From NCBI GenBank assembly GCA_054772095.1, contig BAAGAE010000030.1:215335-279334 (forward strand): a stretch of DNA of 64,000 nucleotides, written 5' to 3'. Positions 10,304 to 23,383 of this stretch are shown piece by piece. The position numbers and the translations under genes were made by a program. This DNA comes from Chamberlinius hualienensis (Eukaryota). The notes under the pieces were generated by a model that made no database searches, had not been told where the DNA came from, and worked only from the letters and a program-made list of their open reading frames with translations. Position 1 is the stretch's first letter. The number at the start of each line of letters is the position of its first letter.

Positions 10304-11373
10304 GTAAGTATGATTAATTATTGTATTTTTTATTGTAACACATTTTTCACATTTAGAAATTGTAGTTGTCCGATTGTATTTGGGTAGATTAGGTTTTAAA
10401 TAGTTATACCATTTTAAAGTGTATAATCATTAAATTCGGGGTGTTATTAAGCAATGGTCAATCGATTACTGTTTGCAGTTATAATAACTAATTAAAATAC
10501 TATCGATTTTTATATTAATAAATTAATTATGTTTGTTGCCGGTTAAGATGTAGTGATGTATTAATTTATGGTAGCTGCATCTGATTATTTAAATGCTATT
10601 GTTCCCCTCATCAGATAATCAGATAAAGAGCATAATAATATTGTTATAATTAGACAGCTCAGCATGTGACATTATGATGCCAACTTTAGCCAAATCACCA
10701 TAAAATTGTAGGGATTTATAGACCGTCTTCATAAAATATTTATATTGTATGCCGCAGTTATTAATTTATTTACGTCATCTATTTGATTTTAGTTTTATTG
10801 TTAATTGTAGGCTTGCAGCAGTAGTTTTAGTAGCATGGGATTGTAATTTGTAAACTTTTCACGTGCATCACCACACCTTGTATGCACATACTTTTTATTT
10901 GCAGTAAAGGGGAATGTTTTATGGGCAACGGGCACATATGGCGAAAAAGATGGATAAAACGTACGGGTGGGATTGCTACAGTAATTTATTTTTTTTGTTT
11001 TTGAATAGGGGCCATGTGGGTACTGCCGTCCCTGTTCTTCGTGTAAATAAATGTTTGCAAATGATAAATGCAAACTTTTACCTCTCATAACTGCGACCCA
11101 AATCAGAAATGATATTGACTTTGTAACTGACAGATCTTCTTTGGCAGCTGAAGCATAAAGCAATTCCTAAACATTTTTTAAACTGTGTAAATTTAAAATT
11201 TGAGTTGCGAATCATAGATTAAGGATGGGAATTTATTGTTGCTTCAGTCTCCATACATTTTCTGCGGTTACTGCTCTAAAAGTGGTCATTAAATATCGAT
11301 TTCCTGTCCTTTTTTGAATTTTTTTTATTTTTTTCTTGCTTTGTTGACTTTTTTCTTGTAATTGTGTATGTAG

Positions 11374-11628
11374 GCTCAATTGTGCAAGTGGCTTTGTGTT
11401 CGCACGATTCCATATTTCATTCTCATTGATGGTGAAACCGGACGTATTGTCACTCGTAACGCTCGACAGCGTCTTGTAGATGATCCTGACGGTGTCAATT
11501 TTCCTTGGTCTAATAAAAGCCTTACTTCCGTCCTCAATGAAACCGGTCTTATAGATTCAAACGGAGCGTCAAAAAGTCTAGACGAAATTCAAGGTTGTAT
11601 TAAGGGATTGTACTTTTCAGCCAACTGG
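11374..11628 (+). CDS. NXN: NXN exon 2 (AQLCKWLCVRTIPYFILIDGETGRIVTRNARQRLVDDPDGVNFPW...GLYFSANW)
   Basis: Matches human LKLWNKYRISNIPSLIFLDATTGKVVCRNGLLVIRDDPEGLEFPWGPKP...GVYFSAHW. Confidence 0.9.
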
Positions 11629-11691
11629 GTAACTAATAGTTATTAAAAAAGACCAAGGAAATGTTTTGTTTATATTAGGTGCTATTTATAG

Positions 11692-11902
11692 TGTCCACCC
11701 TGTAAAGCGTTTACTCCGCAATTGGTTCATACTTGGACTCAATTGAAAAATAAGAAGAATGGACGATTTCAAGTTATATTCGTAAGCTCCGATCGAAGTG
11801 AAGATTCTTTTAAACAATATTTTAGTACAATGCCCTGGCTAGCAGTACCTTATGATCAAGAAATACGACGGAAGGAGTTGGCAGAAAAATTTGAAGTTCA
11901 CG
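11692..11902 (+). CDS. NXN: NXN exon 3 (CPPCKAFTPQLV...FQVIFVSSDRSEDSFKQYFSTMPWLAVPYDQEIRRKELAEKFEVH)
   Basis: The WCPPC active site is split across the intron (ANW|CPPC). Near-identity to human CPPCRSLTRVLV...FEIIFVSADRSEESFKQYFSEMPWLAVPY. Confidence 0.9.
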
Positions 11903-11969
11903 GTGTGTTGTAAAATATTAATTTATTTAAGGTTGAATTGCATTATTTACGTAAATGTTTTTTTAATAG

Positions 11970-12058
11970 GGATTCCAACATTAATTCTATTGGATGAAGA
12001 CGATCGCATTATTACTCGCGATGGACGACACGAAGTTCTGGAAGACATCGATGGCGAA
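11970..12058 (+). CDS. NXN: NXN exon 4 (GIPTLILLDEDDRIITRDGRHEVLEDIDGE)
   Basis: Matches human GIQGIPTLIMLDPQGEVITRQGRVEVLNDEDCRE. Confidence 0.85.
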
Positions 12059-12125
12059 GTTAGTTTTCTATGCTGATTTACAGTATTTCTCATTAGCTTT
12101 TTTATAATGGCTTTGTATATAAAAG

Positions 12126-12216
12126 AGGTTTCCTTGGAGATCGAATTTAGTCGAAGAACTAACGGATAGGTTTTCCGCCCAATTAAATGAAGCGCCATTG
12201 CTAGTCCTGTTTACTG
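12126..12216 (+). CDS. NXN: NXN exon 5 (RFPWRSNLVEELTDRFSAQLNEAPLLVLFT)
   Basis: Matches human EFPWHPKPVLELSDSNAAQLNEGPCLVLFV. The acceptor (tataaaag) is weak. Confidence 0.7.
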
Positions 12217-12279
12217 GTAAATTAACATAATTTTGGAGTCATTTGAACTTAACTAAAGTTTATTTTTTTATGGATTAAG

Positions 12280-12389
12280 ATAGCGCAGAGTTAGAACAGT
12301 CAAAAGAAATTGTAATTCCTGTTGCTAGAGAAATCCAGGAACAATTGCAAGCAGATTGCAATGCTTTACTGTTTTTTGTTGGAGGAGAA
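12280..12389 (+). CDS. NXN: NXN exon 6 (DSAELEQSKEIVIPVAREIQEQLQADCNALLFFVGGE)
   Basis: Matches human DSEDDGESEAAKQLIQPIAEKIIAKYKAKEEEAPLLFFVAGED. Confidence 0.8.
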
Positions 12390-12452
12390 GTAAGACATTT
12401 TTTATGAATTTGTTTTAAATCGATCTAACTGGTCAATATTTGTCGATTAAAG

Positions 12453-12644
12453 TCTGAGCTGTGTGACAGCATTCGTGATTTGGCTCATTTGGAGGATGAA
12501 GTGCCTCTGCTCTGTATAATAGACATGGAACGAAAGGAAAAATATGTATTTCAAGAGGATGTAGAAATGAGCATCAACGTCGTACGTCAGTTTGTAAAAC
12601 AATTTTTTAACGGGGAGTTGATTGCAGAATCATTCTGCAAATAG
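12453..12644 (+). CDS. NXN: NXN terminal exon (SELCDSIRDLAHLEDEVPLLCIIDMERKEKYVFQEDVEMSINVVRQFVKQFFNGELIAESFCK*)
   Basis: Matches human DMTDSLRDYTNLPEAAPLLTILDMSARAKYVMDVEEITPAIVEAFVNDFLAEKL. TAG stop at 12642-12644. Confidence 0.85.
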   Translation, partial: SELCDSIRDLAHLEDEVPLLCIIDMERKEKYVFQEDVEMSINVVRQFVKQFFNGELIAESFCK

Positions 12645-13322
12645 CTGTTAAATGTTGAAATTGAATTAGTTCATGGACACAAATGAGCCGTTACAACAAG
12701 TGATATATTAGTGCCTAGTTCGTTTGACAATAACTCAGTTTTTTATTATTAATATACTAATAGAAAATGTTTGTTCATTTTACGCTACCTAATTGTTTTT
12801 TTAGCACTTTTTTTTTGTATGTTTGTAATGCATTAAATTTTTTTGAAAGTTATACCGCATCTGTACGCTCTTTTTAAATATCACATTTTACTGGAAGTAA
12901 GTTGAATCGATTATTAGCTTATGTATACTATTATTTAGTAAAAAAAAAGTTTTGGTTTTACTTTAATGAACATTAGTGACAGCATTAATCTGTTAGATTA
13001 TACAAAAATATGCAAAATCCACTTGTTTAGTATAGCTAATATTATGAGTTGTTTCTATAAGCTGCTTGTTAATTTGACATTGACCTAATAAATGTTTTCA
13101 ATGCGAGGAATTTGATTGCAGGATTTTAAGGATTTGCAATTTTGACGCGAGTAAGCACTGTATAGGGAATACTTATGAAAGATGTAGTGATTATAGCTTA
13201 AGACTCGTGCGCTGTTTGGCAACACTGTTAAGCATGCTTCGGGTTTTGCTCTGTAGTTGACTGTGAAAAACTAATTGCAGCAAACGATCAAATTCGATGA
13301 TAAATTGATCATTTTAAGTAGG

Positions 13323-13719
13323 ATGTCGGATGCAGGAGCAAACATGAGGCATGGTTTAATTTTAAAAGACGTAATTCGTGCGTTGGAACGATGGGCTCCA
13401 TTGAATTTGGCTGAAAAATGGGACAACGTGGGTTTGTTGTTGGAGCCTAGCGAGCCAATTTTAGTCAACAGAATGATGCTGACAAATGATTTGACGGAAG
13501 AAGTCTGTTCTGAAGCTATTTCAAAAGATGTAAACTTGATTTTAAGTTATCATCCACCTTTATTTGCGCCTGTAAAGAAGTTGACGCGAAGTCACTGGAA
13601 GGAAAGATGCGCTATACGTTGCATAGAAAATAAAATTGCAGTTTATTCACCACACACATGCTGGGATGCTCTTTCAAAAGGAGTAAACGATTGGCTGGCA
13701 TTGGCTTTCAAGCCTATAG
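13323..13719 (+). CDS. NIF3L1: NIF3-like protein 1 exon 1
   Basis: MSDAGANMRHGL...LAEKWDNVGLLLEPSEP...LTNDLTEEVCSEAISKDVNLILSYHPPLFAPVKKLTRSHWKERCAIRCIENKIAVYSPHTCWDALSKGVNDWLA matches human FAESWDNVGLLVEPSPP...LILSYHPPIFRPMKR...WKERLVIRALENRVGIYSPHTAYDAAPQGVNNWLA. Confidence 0.85.
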
Positions 13720-13795
13720 GTGAATCGAACAATTATGTCTCTTGATAATAGAAGTTAATTGTAATTGGAAATAACAAATTAAAACTAATTTGTAG

Positions 13796-13949
13796 GTATT
13801 GAAAAGGTTGAACCCATAATTAACAGCTACGAGGACAGTGAGTTTACTCATTTAGCGACATTAACATACGAAAATGCTATGTCAGATCCGTCGAAAAGAA
13901 ATTTAGAAAAGCTGAGTTTAAATCATCTGATAGGAAAATTAACAAACAT
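13796..13949 (+). CDS. NIF3L1: NIF3L1 exon 2 (GIEKVEPIINSYEDSEFTHLATLTYENAMSDPSKRNLEKLSLNHLIGKLTNM)
   Basis: Acceptor tttgtag and donor gtaagt. Phase agrees with the flanking exons. The central region has weak similarity. Confidence 0.6.
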
Positions 13950-14065
13950 GTAAGTTTTATTGTATTTATTGCCTGCGAGTAGAGGCATTCTTTGAATTTG
14001 ATGAACGTGGCATGAAGTGCTTACACAGCAAACTTTTTTTGCATTGTTTATTTATTATATGTCAG

Positions 14066-14174
14066 AGGTGAACGTGTGATCAGTTTTCCTTGCAATCATA
14101 AAGCCCTGTCCGCCCTCACTGAGATTAAAGGTGACCAACCTGCAGCTTCCATCAACCTAACTCAGTTGGAAAAG
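14066..14174 (+). CDS. NIF3L1: NIF3L1 exon 3 (RGERVISFPCNHKALSALTEIKGDQPAASINLTQLEK)
   Basis: Acceptor tatgtcag and donor gtgaga. Matches human ...TRINLNCTQKALMQ...EILSLEK. Confidence 0.65.
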
Positions 14175-15980
14175 GTGAGAATTATAGTCTGAGTCAGATT
14201 AAGGTAGGTAGTTCTAATAGTCAATAAGTGACGATAAATATAAGACTGGAGTGCAACTTAACAGGTATTTTTTTTGGGCGGTAATGGGGGTTGTTTATTT
14301 CTGTATTTGACGCAAAGTGTGAATAGGTGGCGCCATCAGGCTTTGCTATAACTCAAATACAAAATCCAAATTTATCAGTACATCCAATACTTCCATCTAG
14401 GATGATACACTCAGATCTTAAAATGCATTTATTAATCGGCTTATAGATGTTTCCATCTATATGATAAGCAAGTGTGGGGTTTTTTTTTTTTTGTTTTAAA
14501 TTTCCATTACAATAATAAGTGTAGCGATTACTTGAAAGAACAGCAAACTCTTTGAAATGAAAATGGGTACGATTACTTCTGGCATTAAATGCCGAAGTGT
14601 AACTTCTATTTGTGCTAAGTTCGTTGCATTGATATAATCTACCACTTGGTTTAAGCTGTGGTTCTACTCTGATGAAGAGTTCCCGCATTCTACCCGAAAG
14701 CAGTCGTGTAGCTTCTTTATTGAAAACTATAAATAATGACATTGACAGTAGCTTGCGTGATGAATATTTTAATTTAACACTTAAAATGAAGAATTTTCAG
14801 CTTGTATGATACCAGCTGCAAAAAAAATGTTGTGTAGAAAAATAGTTTTTATATCATAAAAAATATTACGTCACTTGCTAGGTAGGGTAGGTTGAAAGGG
14901 AAAATTGAGAGCGGGTTTTAAGATTGTTGGCTGTTTATGGTTTAAGCTTTTCTCAGCAACAGTTTATTATTTAAAAAATTTACATTTTATTATTAATGTT
15001 AGTAAAGTATTCCCGATTCTGAAGTAATTCAAAAGTTAAATGCAAGTGAAATAAACATTTGCAACTCCATATGCTGCGTAACAAGATAGACACGTACAAG
15101 TTATATAATTTTAGCTTACTTGAAGATTTATTGTGGTAATAAACGAAACGTGAAAACTATACAAACAAAGTTGCATTTAGTTAGTTAGATAATAAAAAAT
15201 GTGGATCAAAAATGGTTGCTTAATTTTTTAATAATTATTCGAAAGGAAATGGTAAACATCGTTTAGTACTTGTCTGCATTAATAATAAGATTTTATCATG
15301 GGACACGTAATAGGTAGAGAAAAAAAATAAGTGCGAACAGTCTAAATATGGTAACCGATGGATGATAACATTTGCTAATGGAAAAATTGCGTGATGGTCA
15401 AAGTGAAGCATGATTATAGTTGTACACATAATATCCACAGTTGAGACAGCGTATGCAATCTTAACTAGAAATGAGAAGAATGCAAATTCTTTGGTATATG
15501 ATCTTGAATGAAACAAAAACTTATAAATTTAATTTTAGAAATGACAATATAAATTCTCTTTTAGCTATGGAAAATCTTCTGTGTGCAATTTAGTTGTACG
15601 CTGCATATTTTTTTTAAAGTAAGAATTAATACAGTCCTTTCATACTGTGCAGCAAATTTGATTAAAAATATTTGAAATATTTGCTCCATAATCGACTATT
15701 ATTTTATTTATCGAAACTTGACCAAAAAATTGTTTAATTAACTATATTTATCAAGTAATCAGATGAAGTAATGCTGTTTCATATTAAGGCTGTGTCTTAG
15801 TATGGCCGAACCAGTCAAGGCGTTTCAAGGTATGTTAGCGAAGGCGTTGACCTTGCTTATGTAGTGAATATGTGGGGGTTATGGCGGTGGGCAATGGAGA
15901 GAAGGTGGGGGACGTAATGGCGCCATCGCCTTCAGGTGTGGCAAACACTACAACTTACCTGTCTAACTGCAGCACCTTTC

Positions 15981-16236
15981 TCCAACTTATTTTATTATTG
16001 CTTTCTCATATTGTGTGTAATATGCTAACAACATTAATGCTTCAGATTAGTTAATTTGTAAATGGAAAAGTTTTATCACTTTTTCTTCTGACAACAGTTT
16101 TAATTTAACATTTCTTCAACTTACTTTATGGCTGCTCTCGTTTTATGTGTTATATGCTGGCACCATTAGTTTCTCAGCTACTCTTTAATTTAAAGATGAA
16201 AAAGTTTTATCACTTTTCTTGACTGCAGTTTTAATT
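15981..16236. repeat. Tandem duplication of a ~125-bp unit (two copies, ~75% identical) inside the NIF3L1 long intron
   Basis: Copy A: ...ctaacaacattaatgcttcagattagtt...ggaaaagttttatcactttttcttctgacaacagttttaattt. Copy B: ...ctggcaccattagtttctcagctact...gaaaaagttttatcacttttcttgactgcagttttaattt. Confidence 0.6.
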
Positions 16237-19200
16237 TTTTATAGAATATGAATGAGAATTATCTCGAAGATTTCTTTACACTCAAATTTTACCGCCATCT
16301 TAATACTTAATTAGTCTCCTTTCGTAAACGAATAGTTTTTAAAACATTAACAAATGATGACTCGAGATTTTATTTAATCTTTAAACGATCTTGTACTGTT
16401 AAAAAAATTTAGCCATTAATTTTTTCTTCATTTTTTTGGCTTATTCGAGACTTTTTTTTTGAAAGTTTTCTTCAACTTTCACGCGTAGAAATATATAAAT
16501 ATGTAAATTAGGTTTGGCCGAAAGGAAGAGACAAAAGAAATCGTAAAGCACGATTTCCATTCAAATATTTTGCATCGTTGTATGTACATACGAGTACAGC
16601 CATGCTGTAAATATGTTTATACAAATTTCTATTCAAACTTGTGCTGCAAGATGCAGTTGAAGGTAAACGTGAAATACGTTTTTTTTAGGAGTACTGTTTA
16701 TATTTGTGTTTTGAAGTCAATCACCAGCACTACATTGTACTAGTATATACTGTACATAATTTTTTTTTAAATTGGATAAGCTACTGGGATAGATATAATT
16801 ATTTGTAGGTATTCGTTGAATTGTAATTTGTCTGGTTTGAAATTTTAATCACACCCAATGGACAAAAGAAAGCGAATTTCAAAGAATTTATGAACAGTTA
16901 ATTAATGAATATGCAGACGAGTTTTTAGGTAATTTTTCAAGTCATTAACTTATTTAACCACTTTTTTTTTTGTTAAAGATTTCACACAAATTTGATTTGG
17001 GTCATGGCTAAAATAAATCAGGTTAAAATTCTGGTTTAGCATTTAAATATGATCCCCATCGGTTTTTGCATTTTTGAATTTTAAGCAAACAGGTTTTATG
17101 CTGTTTAGCGATCTCTTTCGCGTAGTATTTTATGGTCTTAGAACGTTAGGTGTCAAATGAAGTTTCGAGAATTAAATCTGGTAATATTTGCAGTGAAAAG
17201 CAATGGAAACAAATATTTTAAGATGGCAAAAAAATAAAGAAAAAATAACGATACAATAAAAATAAAAAAGCCGGTAATTTGTCTGCAGATTTGATGTTTG
17301 TGATTTTTAAAGATGAGGTGAAGAATGTATTAGACTTGCGGCTTAATTTTAGAAAAGCTAAAACCAATCGTAAAGCAGATTATTTTTACCGAGTTCAGCT
17401 TTTAAAAAAATCGAATATAAAAAATAACAAATGTAAAGTCTTATTTTTTTTTTAAAATTAAAACTTCTACTGGAGAGCAATTAAGAAGTAACATTGTTCT
17501 TCACCTTAAACTTTTAAATCGCTTAATGCTACAATTACACCTTGAAATATAATTTTTATGAGTCTGGAAATTGTGTCGCTGCGTTTTGTTTCTATTTCTG
17601 TATGTTCTCTGAGACGATCAAAACGTTTATTGCTATTTAACTTGGCGAATCATTGACATCGTACATTAGTTTCTTTTACCACTGTTGGACAATGGATTGT
17701 AAGAATATTATTCTGTAAAATTTAAAGTGCGTATAAAGTTAATATGTCTGCCAAATTCAGTAGCCATATGTAATTTTACATTTTAAATTAAATGTGCAAT
17801 GCCGACTAAGGGTTTATGACATGTGAAAGTAACATCAACTAATAGAAATTGCCATTATGTTTTATTTATTTTTTTTAAAAAAAGTGTTTATCTATCGAGA
17901 TTTATAATCTCATCATTTTTTATGTGGGAGTTGAATGTTTTTTTTTAGTTTCATAGAAAAAATTAAAAGTCAGACCATTCTTAGCATAGATTATTATTAA
18001 TATTGAAAAAAGAATGTAGTTAAAACGTGTTCAAAATTTTTAGAGGAAAAAAAAAAGAATTGGGTGAATTAAAGGACATTTAAGGTGAAAGAGTGTTTCG
18101 CAATTGATAGTTTATCATCGTTCACCATGCGTAATACTGTATAGCATCGATTTATTTGGTTGACAATAGGTAATGGCTTCGTGAAATTGCAACTGTTGCA
18201 CGATCTTTTTGGTTGTGTTTGATGCAACATTGCACGCATTGTGATCGATGGCTAAGTCATAATCATCATGCGTATTTGCAAGTTATTATACTTTTTCTAC
18301 AATTTCTTAAAAAAAAATAACAATTTATAAAGCTGAATTGTCCGTAGCTTTGTTATTTATTTATGTAAATGAATTGGAAAGCCCGTAAAACTGAAACAAG
18401 TATGAAATTGTACCTTATCAATCCCGCCAACGCATTTCGACCTCAATTTTACCTTTGTCACCTAATTTTAATACTGTAATAATCGTGGAAAATATCGGCT
18501 AGAAAACAAGCACATTGTGGTGTGGACACCTACACCAACCGATGTATACGTGTTTCTAGGCCTGTAAATTTGGAATAGTTCTAAAAGCCTAGTTGAGCCG
18601 GTTTCAACCGACCATATTTAATAATAATAAAAAAATATTGTTTCAATGACGCACTAAGCTTTTATCAAATAATACCAAATTTCTGTTTTAATATTAGAAA
18701 TTAGCCGATGACTGTTCTGGAATCTTGTAATTGGTCATGTTGAACAAACACAACGTGGTACAGGTACTCATTTCACTTTTTCAACTAAATATTTTGTTTC
18801 ACTCATCCGAAGACGAGCTTCACACTTGTCAGTGTAGTCAGATGTGCATGAATATTTAGAACACGCCCATTTCTCGCATCGCGCGCGCTTTGCATGCACT
18901 GACAAACAAGTAACCCAGAATTACTTTTTAATATACTTAATACACATGCAGTATATTTGACCAACAAATGATATTTATGGTTTAAAAGTAGTGCTTATTT
19001 TTATTTTTTTTTGCTACCATTACTCCCACATATACATCAGCTTGCCTTGAGGTGTAGCGAAATGAAAGTTGAAGGTCGCATAAGAAGGCCGGCCATTTGC
19101 ATTAAATATACAAAGTCTAACTGTGGTGACTGCTTTTTACATCCCATTTCCCTTCCAAATTACTTCGAACCCTGTGTTTCTATGTCCATTAGTCCGAATC

Positions 19201-22200
19201 TAGTTTTAGAACTAAACCATATAATTCGGGTTAATTTTCTACTCGGAATCACTCACATTTCGACCGTGAATTCCTTTCTTTTTTTTTTTAATTTAAGAAA
19301 TGAGTTCGTAGACAATTGCTAAAGGTGGGCGACCAAGTAAATGACCATATATAATAGTCTTAGTTCTATGAAAAATAACATGACGTCACTATCTAGCAGT
19401 GATTAAACTTCTATGGTTCAGGCTCCTCTTCTCATAGCTGTGTATTGTTTTCCTGTTTATAAAAATATACCATCTACTCACAGTTGCGTGTTAAGCTATT
19501 TAAATGCACGGAAGCGGCCAGCAGAATGCTTCCTTGCTGAATAAATTTTCCGCAGACTTAAATTACATACCGTGTATGAGTAAAACTAGGGCTACATTAA
19601 AAATCTTAAGAATTGCCAATTAGATTTTATTGCTTATGGAAAAACAGCATTAGGAAGTGTTTTGGTCGATTTGTTATGAGATTTTTCTTAAATGAAAGAA
19701 TTTTATGAGGTAATCAATAAGTGGTTTTATTGTTTCTAATCAAACGAAAATGATTATGTTTGTAATGATTTACGAGTGCATTAATCCGCTTTAAATGCTA
19801 TTCTCGGCTGATTAAAAGATAAAAGCAGATTCTGTTCCCAAGTGTTGAAATAGTGTGTACCTATAAGAATTAAACTCAATTGAAGTGTGCATTAGCTTAT
19901 AGGCGTCCCCCCAAAATGTATTAAGGGTGAAATTAATAGATGTAAATTATTCACAGTCGACGTCGAAAGTACAAGCATTCCAACCGATTTATTGACCCCT
20001 TCAACTTTCTTTTTTTTTTCTTTCTTCTCTCTTCATCTATTAAACGTTATTCTTTCCTAGGTAGTAGGACGTTTTTCTACTACCATTTTTAAGAGGTTTA
20101 ATATATCCACGTCTTATGATAATTCCAAATTCATGCGTCGGTGGTCTGCGCAGTAGCCAACTTGACGACTATATTTATTAGTAATCTATAAGTGTTTATG
20201 TCAAAAATGAAAAATATATAAAGAGGGAAAATATGTTCACATGATGATGATGATCAATTGGAAGGAAAAAATGATGGTGATGATGATTGTAGTTTAAGGT
20301 TGAATAGCTCTATTTCTTGTATTGTTGTGTGGACATCACGTGACGTGACAACAAGATGTTAGAAAATGTTGAACAATCAAAAACGATTGAAATGCAAGTG
20401 CTAGAAAATACAGTAGTGACAAAGCGATTTCCATAGTTTAACTCTTTCTTCATTGTGTCTTCTTCTTTCCAACAATTTTTCCAAACTATTTTTAATGAGG
20501 TGAATAAGGTGAGAAAATGTTGGGCGTTTAGAGAAAGGCTTTGCGGATGCTACTGCTATCATTTTTACACAGCACTCTACATAATCCAAAGGTGTCTAAA
20601 CTATTTCACCTGCAGGTTGAATGTATTTTTCTGATGATGATAATGCTGGGTTATATTATCTAACAAAACATTACGTGCGAAGGAAAAATTCGTTCAGTGT
20701 GATCAAAACACACTGAAATATTTGGCAAATACTTTTCAGGAATATCGTCGCTTTATTTTTTTCTCTCTATTATTATTGTTATTATTGGTGGGTTTTATTT
20801 ATAAATTAGAAAAAAAAAATACATGAAAATAGTTTTCCTTTTTTTGTTGAAAAAAAAAAAAAAGTGAAAATGTCTACTGTAACACAGGCATTTTACGTTT
20901 TTAGTTTGAAAACTCGATTTATTTTTCTTTTTTATCATTTTTTTCCTACCGCAATAACTATTTAGGTAAATGGCCCGATGTCAAGAGGACATAGTTTTTT
21001 TTAGTGATGATCTACATTGTTGCTACTACTAAGACTCTCTTTCGAAAATATGTTAGTAAAATTATTTACATCAGCGCTTTTGACTAATTGAATGTCATTT
21101 CCTCCCCCACATATCTCAAAAAACGACAATTTTATTTAACATAAGTCTTAATGCGTTATGGTTGACGTCCATCAATTATCGTATTTTTTTAATGACGACG
21201 TTGAGTAGAAAGGGGTGGGAGCGTTAAAATAAGCACTTTTATTTAAATAAAAGTTGTCTTTGTAAAGGAATGTGTAAGCAGCCAAATTCATGCTTTTCTG
21301 TTTTGACAGATGATTTATTTTCGTCTTTTTCTCGGCATTTCTGCGTTTTTGTTATCGCAAATTGAGACGTTTAAAAAAAACCAAAAGTAATTTGTTACAT
21401 AAAAAGTGAAGAGGTCCACATGGTGGCAACGACCGGTTCCTGGCCACAGGTTCCCACCGAAGGGTTAGGGACCTTGCAATTAAATATAAACTGGTGTGTA
21501 AACTATATGATATGATTTTAGCTTAAATTGAGGAGTTTCATCATGTGATGGTTAGTTAAAAGCTTGTCTTTTCTTGCTTCCATGATTATTTGTAACTAAT
21601 TTATTCGATATACTTGCGGTTTTCATAGCTTTTAGTTAGCAATTAAGCTACGAAAGTACAAAAACAGGAAAATCTAATGTCACTGGTAATAAAGTAGTAC
21701 TTTTTTTTTACTGTTTTTATTTGAGTGTTATTCCACTCCAACTCCTAGTTTTAAGTATTTAACTGTTTATCATAGTTAGTTCATTTTTAACGACATACTT
21801 ATTGAAATGATTTATTTGAATATTCTGATATCGATTGTGTTGAGACTATTTATTTAAAAAAATTCATTCTACTGGAGTTGGTCGAATTTAATGAAATGTT
21901 TATTTTCTTTTATTATTATTATTATTTTAAATGTAGAATGTCATTCAAGACGTGTAAAAGAAGGCTGTGTTTCTGCAGCGTTATTTTAATCTTTTAAATC
22001 GAAGTAATTAACCGTTGCGTTGATCTCAAATTACTAAGAATTGTAGCTCCAGAGACATATTTTAGGATCTGAAAAGTAAATTATTTGTAAGTTTCTGTTT
22101 TTAATAAGTAACTCTCCAAAAGTTGACTCCAATTAACGTTTCTTTTATTGTCGGTTCCTTTTGATGTTGGATTTCAATTTGATTTGCCTAATAACCCTTT

Positions 22201-22241
22201 TGCTTAGCTGCCATCCGTTTTTCATTTTCATTGTTTTACAG

Positions 22242-22383
22242 TTGCCGCTGGAAGGCGTTGGAATGGGGCGTGTTGTTACCCTGAAAGAGGCAACAACTTT
22301 GGAAATGTGCTCCAAACTTATTCAGGCTCATTTAAAACTGACTCACCTCCGTTTGGCACTGGGTTCAGAAAGAAGTATTTCAG
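22242..22383 (+). CDS. NIF3L1: NIF3L1 exon 4, after the ~8.1 kb intron (LPLEGVGMGRVVTLKEATTLEMCSKLIQAHLKLTHLRLALGSERSIS)
   Basis: Matches human PLLLHTGMGRLCTLDESVSLATMIDRIKRHLKLSHIRLALGVGRTLES. Acceptor ttttacag. Confidence 0.85.
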
Positions 22384-22698
22384 GTACTTATACCATCTTT
22401 ATGGAGTTCATATTTAAATATGTAAATATAAAATCAAATAAATTTTGTCTTTATGTTTTTGGTACAATGATAATTGCCATAATCTGGCTTGGCTGGTTGC
22501 TTACAAACCATAATTACCCCTATTAATATAAATGAATGAAAATTGCTGCCATATCCCTTAAAGGGCTAATTTTCTTTGAAATTAAGATTACAAAAAAAAA
22601 TAAAAAAACTTTATGTAGAGTAATTTGACTTTGACTAGATAACTGTAGCATAGCGTTTTATTCTTTGTTTAAAACTGTTATTTAATTTTTTCCCCCAG

Positions 22699-22967
22699 AG
22701 TCCAGTGTAAGACGGGTGGCATTATGCGCCGGTTCGGGTTCAAGTGTCTTAAGTCAAGTCGCAGCCGACCTATATTGGACAGGTGAGATGGGTCATCATC
22801 AGGTATTGGAAGCTGTAGCTCGAGGAGTTAGCGTAATTTTATGCGAACATAGCAACACGGAGAGGGGCTTTCTACCACATATTCAAAATGTACTTCAAAC
22901 TGAAATTTTGCCACAAGTAGAAATTATCGTTAGCAAAACTGACCGCGATCCTTTCATTATTGTTTGA
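22699..22967 (+). CDS. NIF3L1: NIF3L1 terminal exon (...VALCAGSGSSVLSQVAADLYWTGEMGHHQVLEAVARGVSVILCEHSNTERGFL...DRDPFIIV*)
   Basis: Near-identity to human VVALCAGSGSSVLQGVEADLYLTGEMSHHDTLDAASQGINVILCEHSNTERGFL...ETDRDPLQVV. TGA stop at 22965-22967. Confidence 0.9.
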
Positions 22968-23287
22968 TGCTCTACATCGTGATAATTACTTAAATGAAAC
23001 TGGTTTTTTTTTTCAGTATACAATAAATAAACACTAATGTATGAATATATTGTCTATGTATTTCAAGAACAAATTTTAAAAAACTGCGAATTTAATAGGA
23101 AAAATACGTTTCATAAGCAAATATCGTGGTTTGGAACATTCCCTATAGGTACCGGTTTTTCTGAGAATGAGGGCAACATTGATCGGTTGCCCGTAGCTAC
23201 AAGATGGCTGCGCCCATCGCGTATGCTTCTCTGTAGATATCGCCGTACATACCTACCATAAAAAAAAAGATAATTGAAGATTCTGTC

Positions 23288-23383
23288 ATGGAAATGGATC
23301 GGAAGTGTGGCTGTAAAGGAATGCGCTCTTGTTTGGTTTGTGAAACGGCTGACAGGACGAAGGAAATGAAGGAGAAATTGCAG
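23288..23383 (+). CDS. ALKBH4: ALKBH4 exon 1 (MEMDRKCGCKGMRSCLVCETADRTKEMKEKLQ)
   Basis: CGCKG(I/M)R(T/S)CL(L/V)CE is the hallmark of the ALKBH4 N-terminus (human ECGCKGIRTCLLCERQR). Donor gtaaat. Confidence 0.75.

Noticed and set aside
13275-13322. ORF-track start 'M' at 13275 for NIF3L1
   Set aside because: The codon there is TTG, not ATG. The first real ATG in good context is 13323 (MSDAGANMRHGL).
14353-14742. 129-codon minus-strand ORF inside the NIF3L1 long intron
   Set aside because: Low-complexity, no homology and no Met in good context. The ORF-track start is likely an alternative codon.
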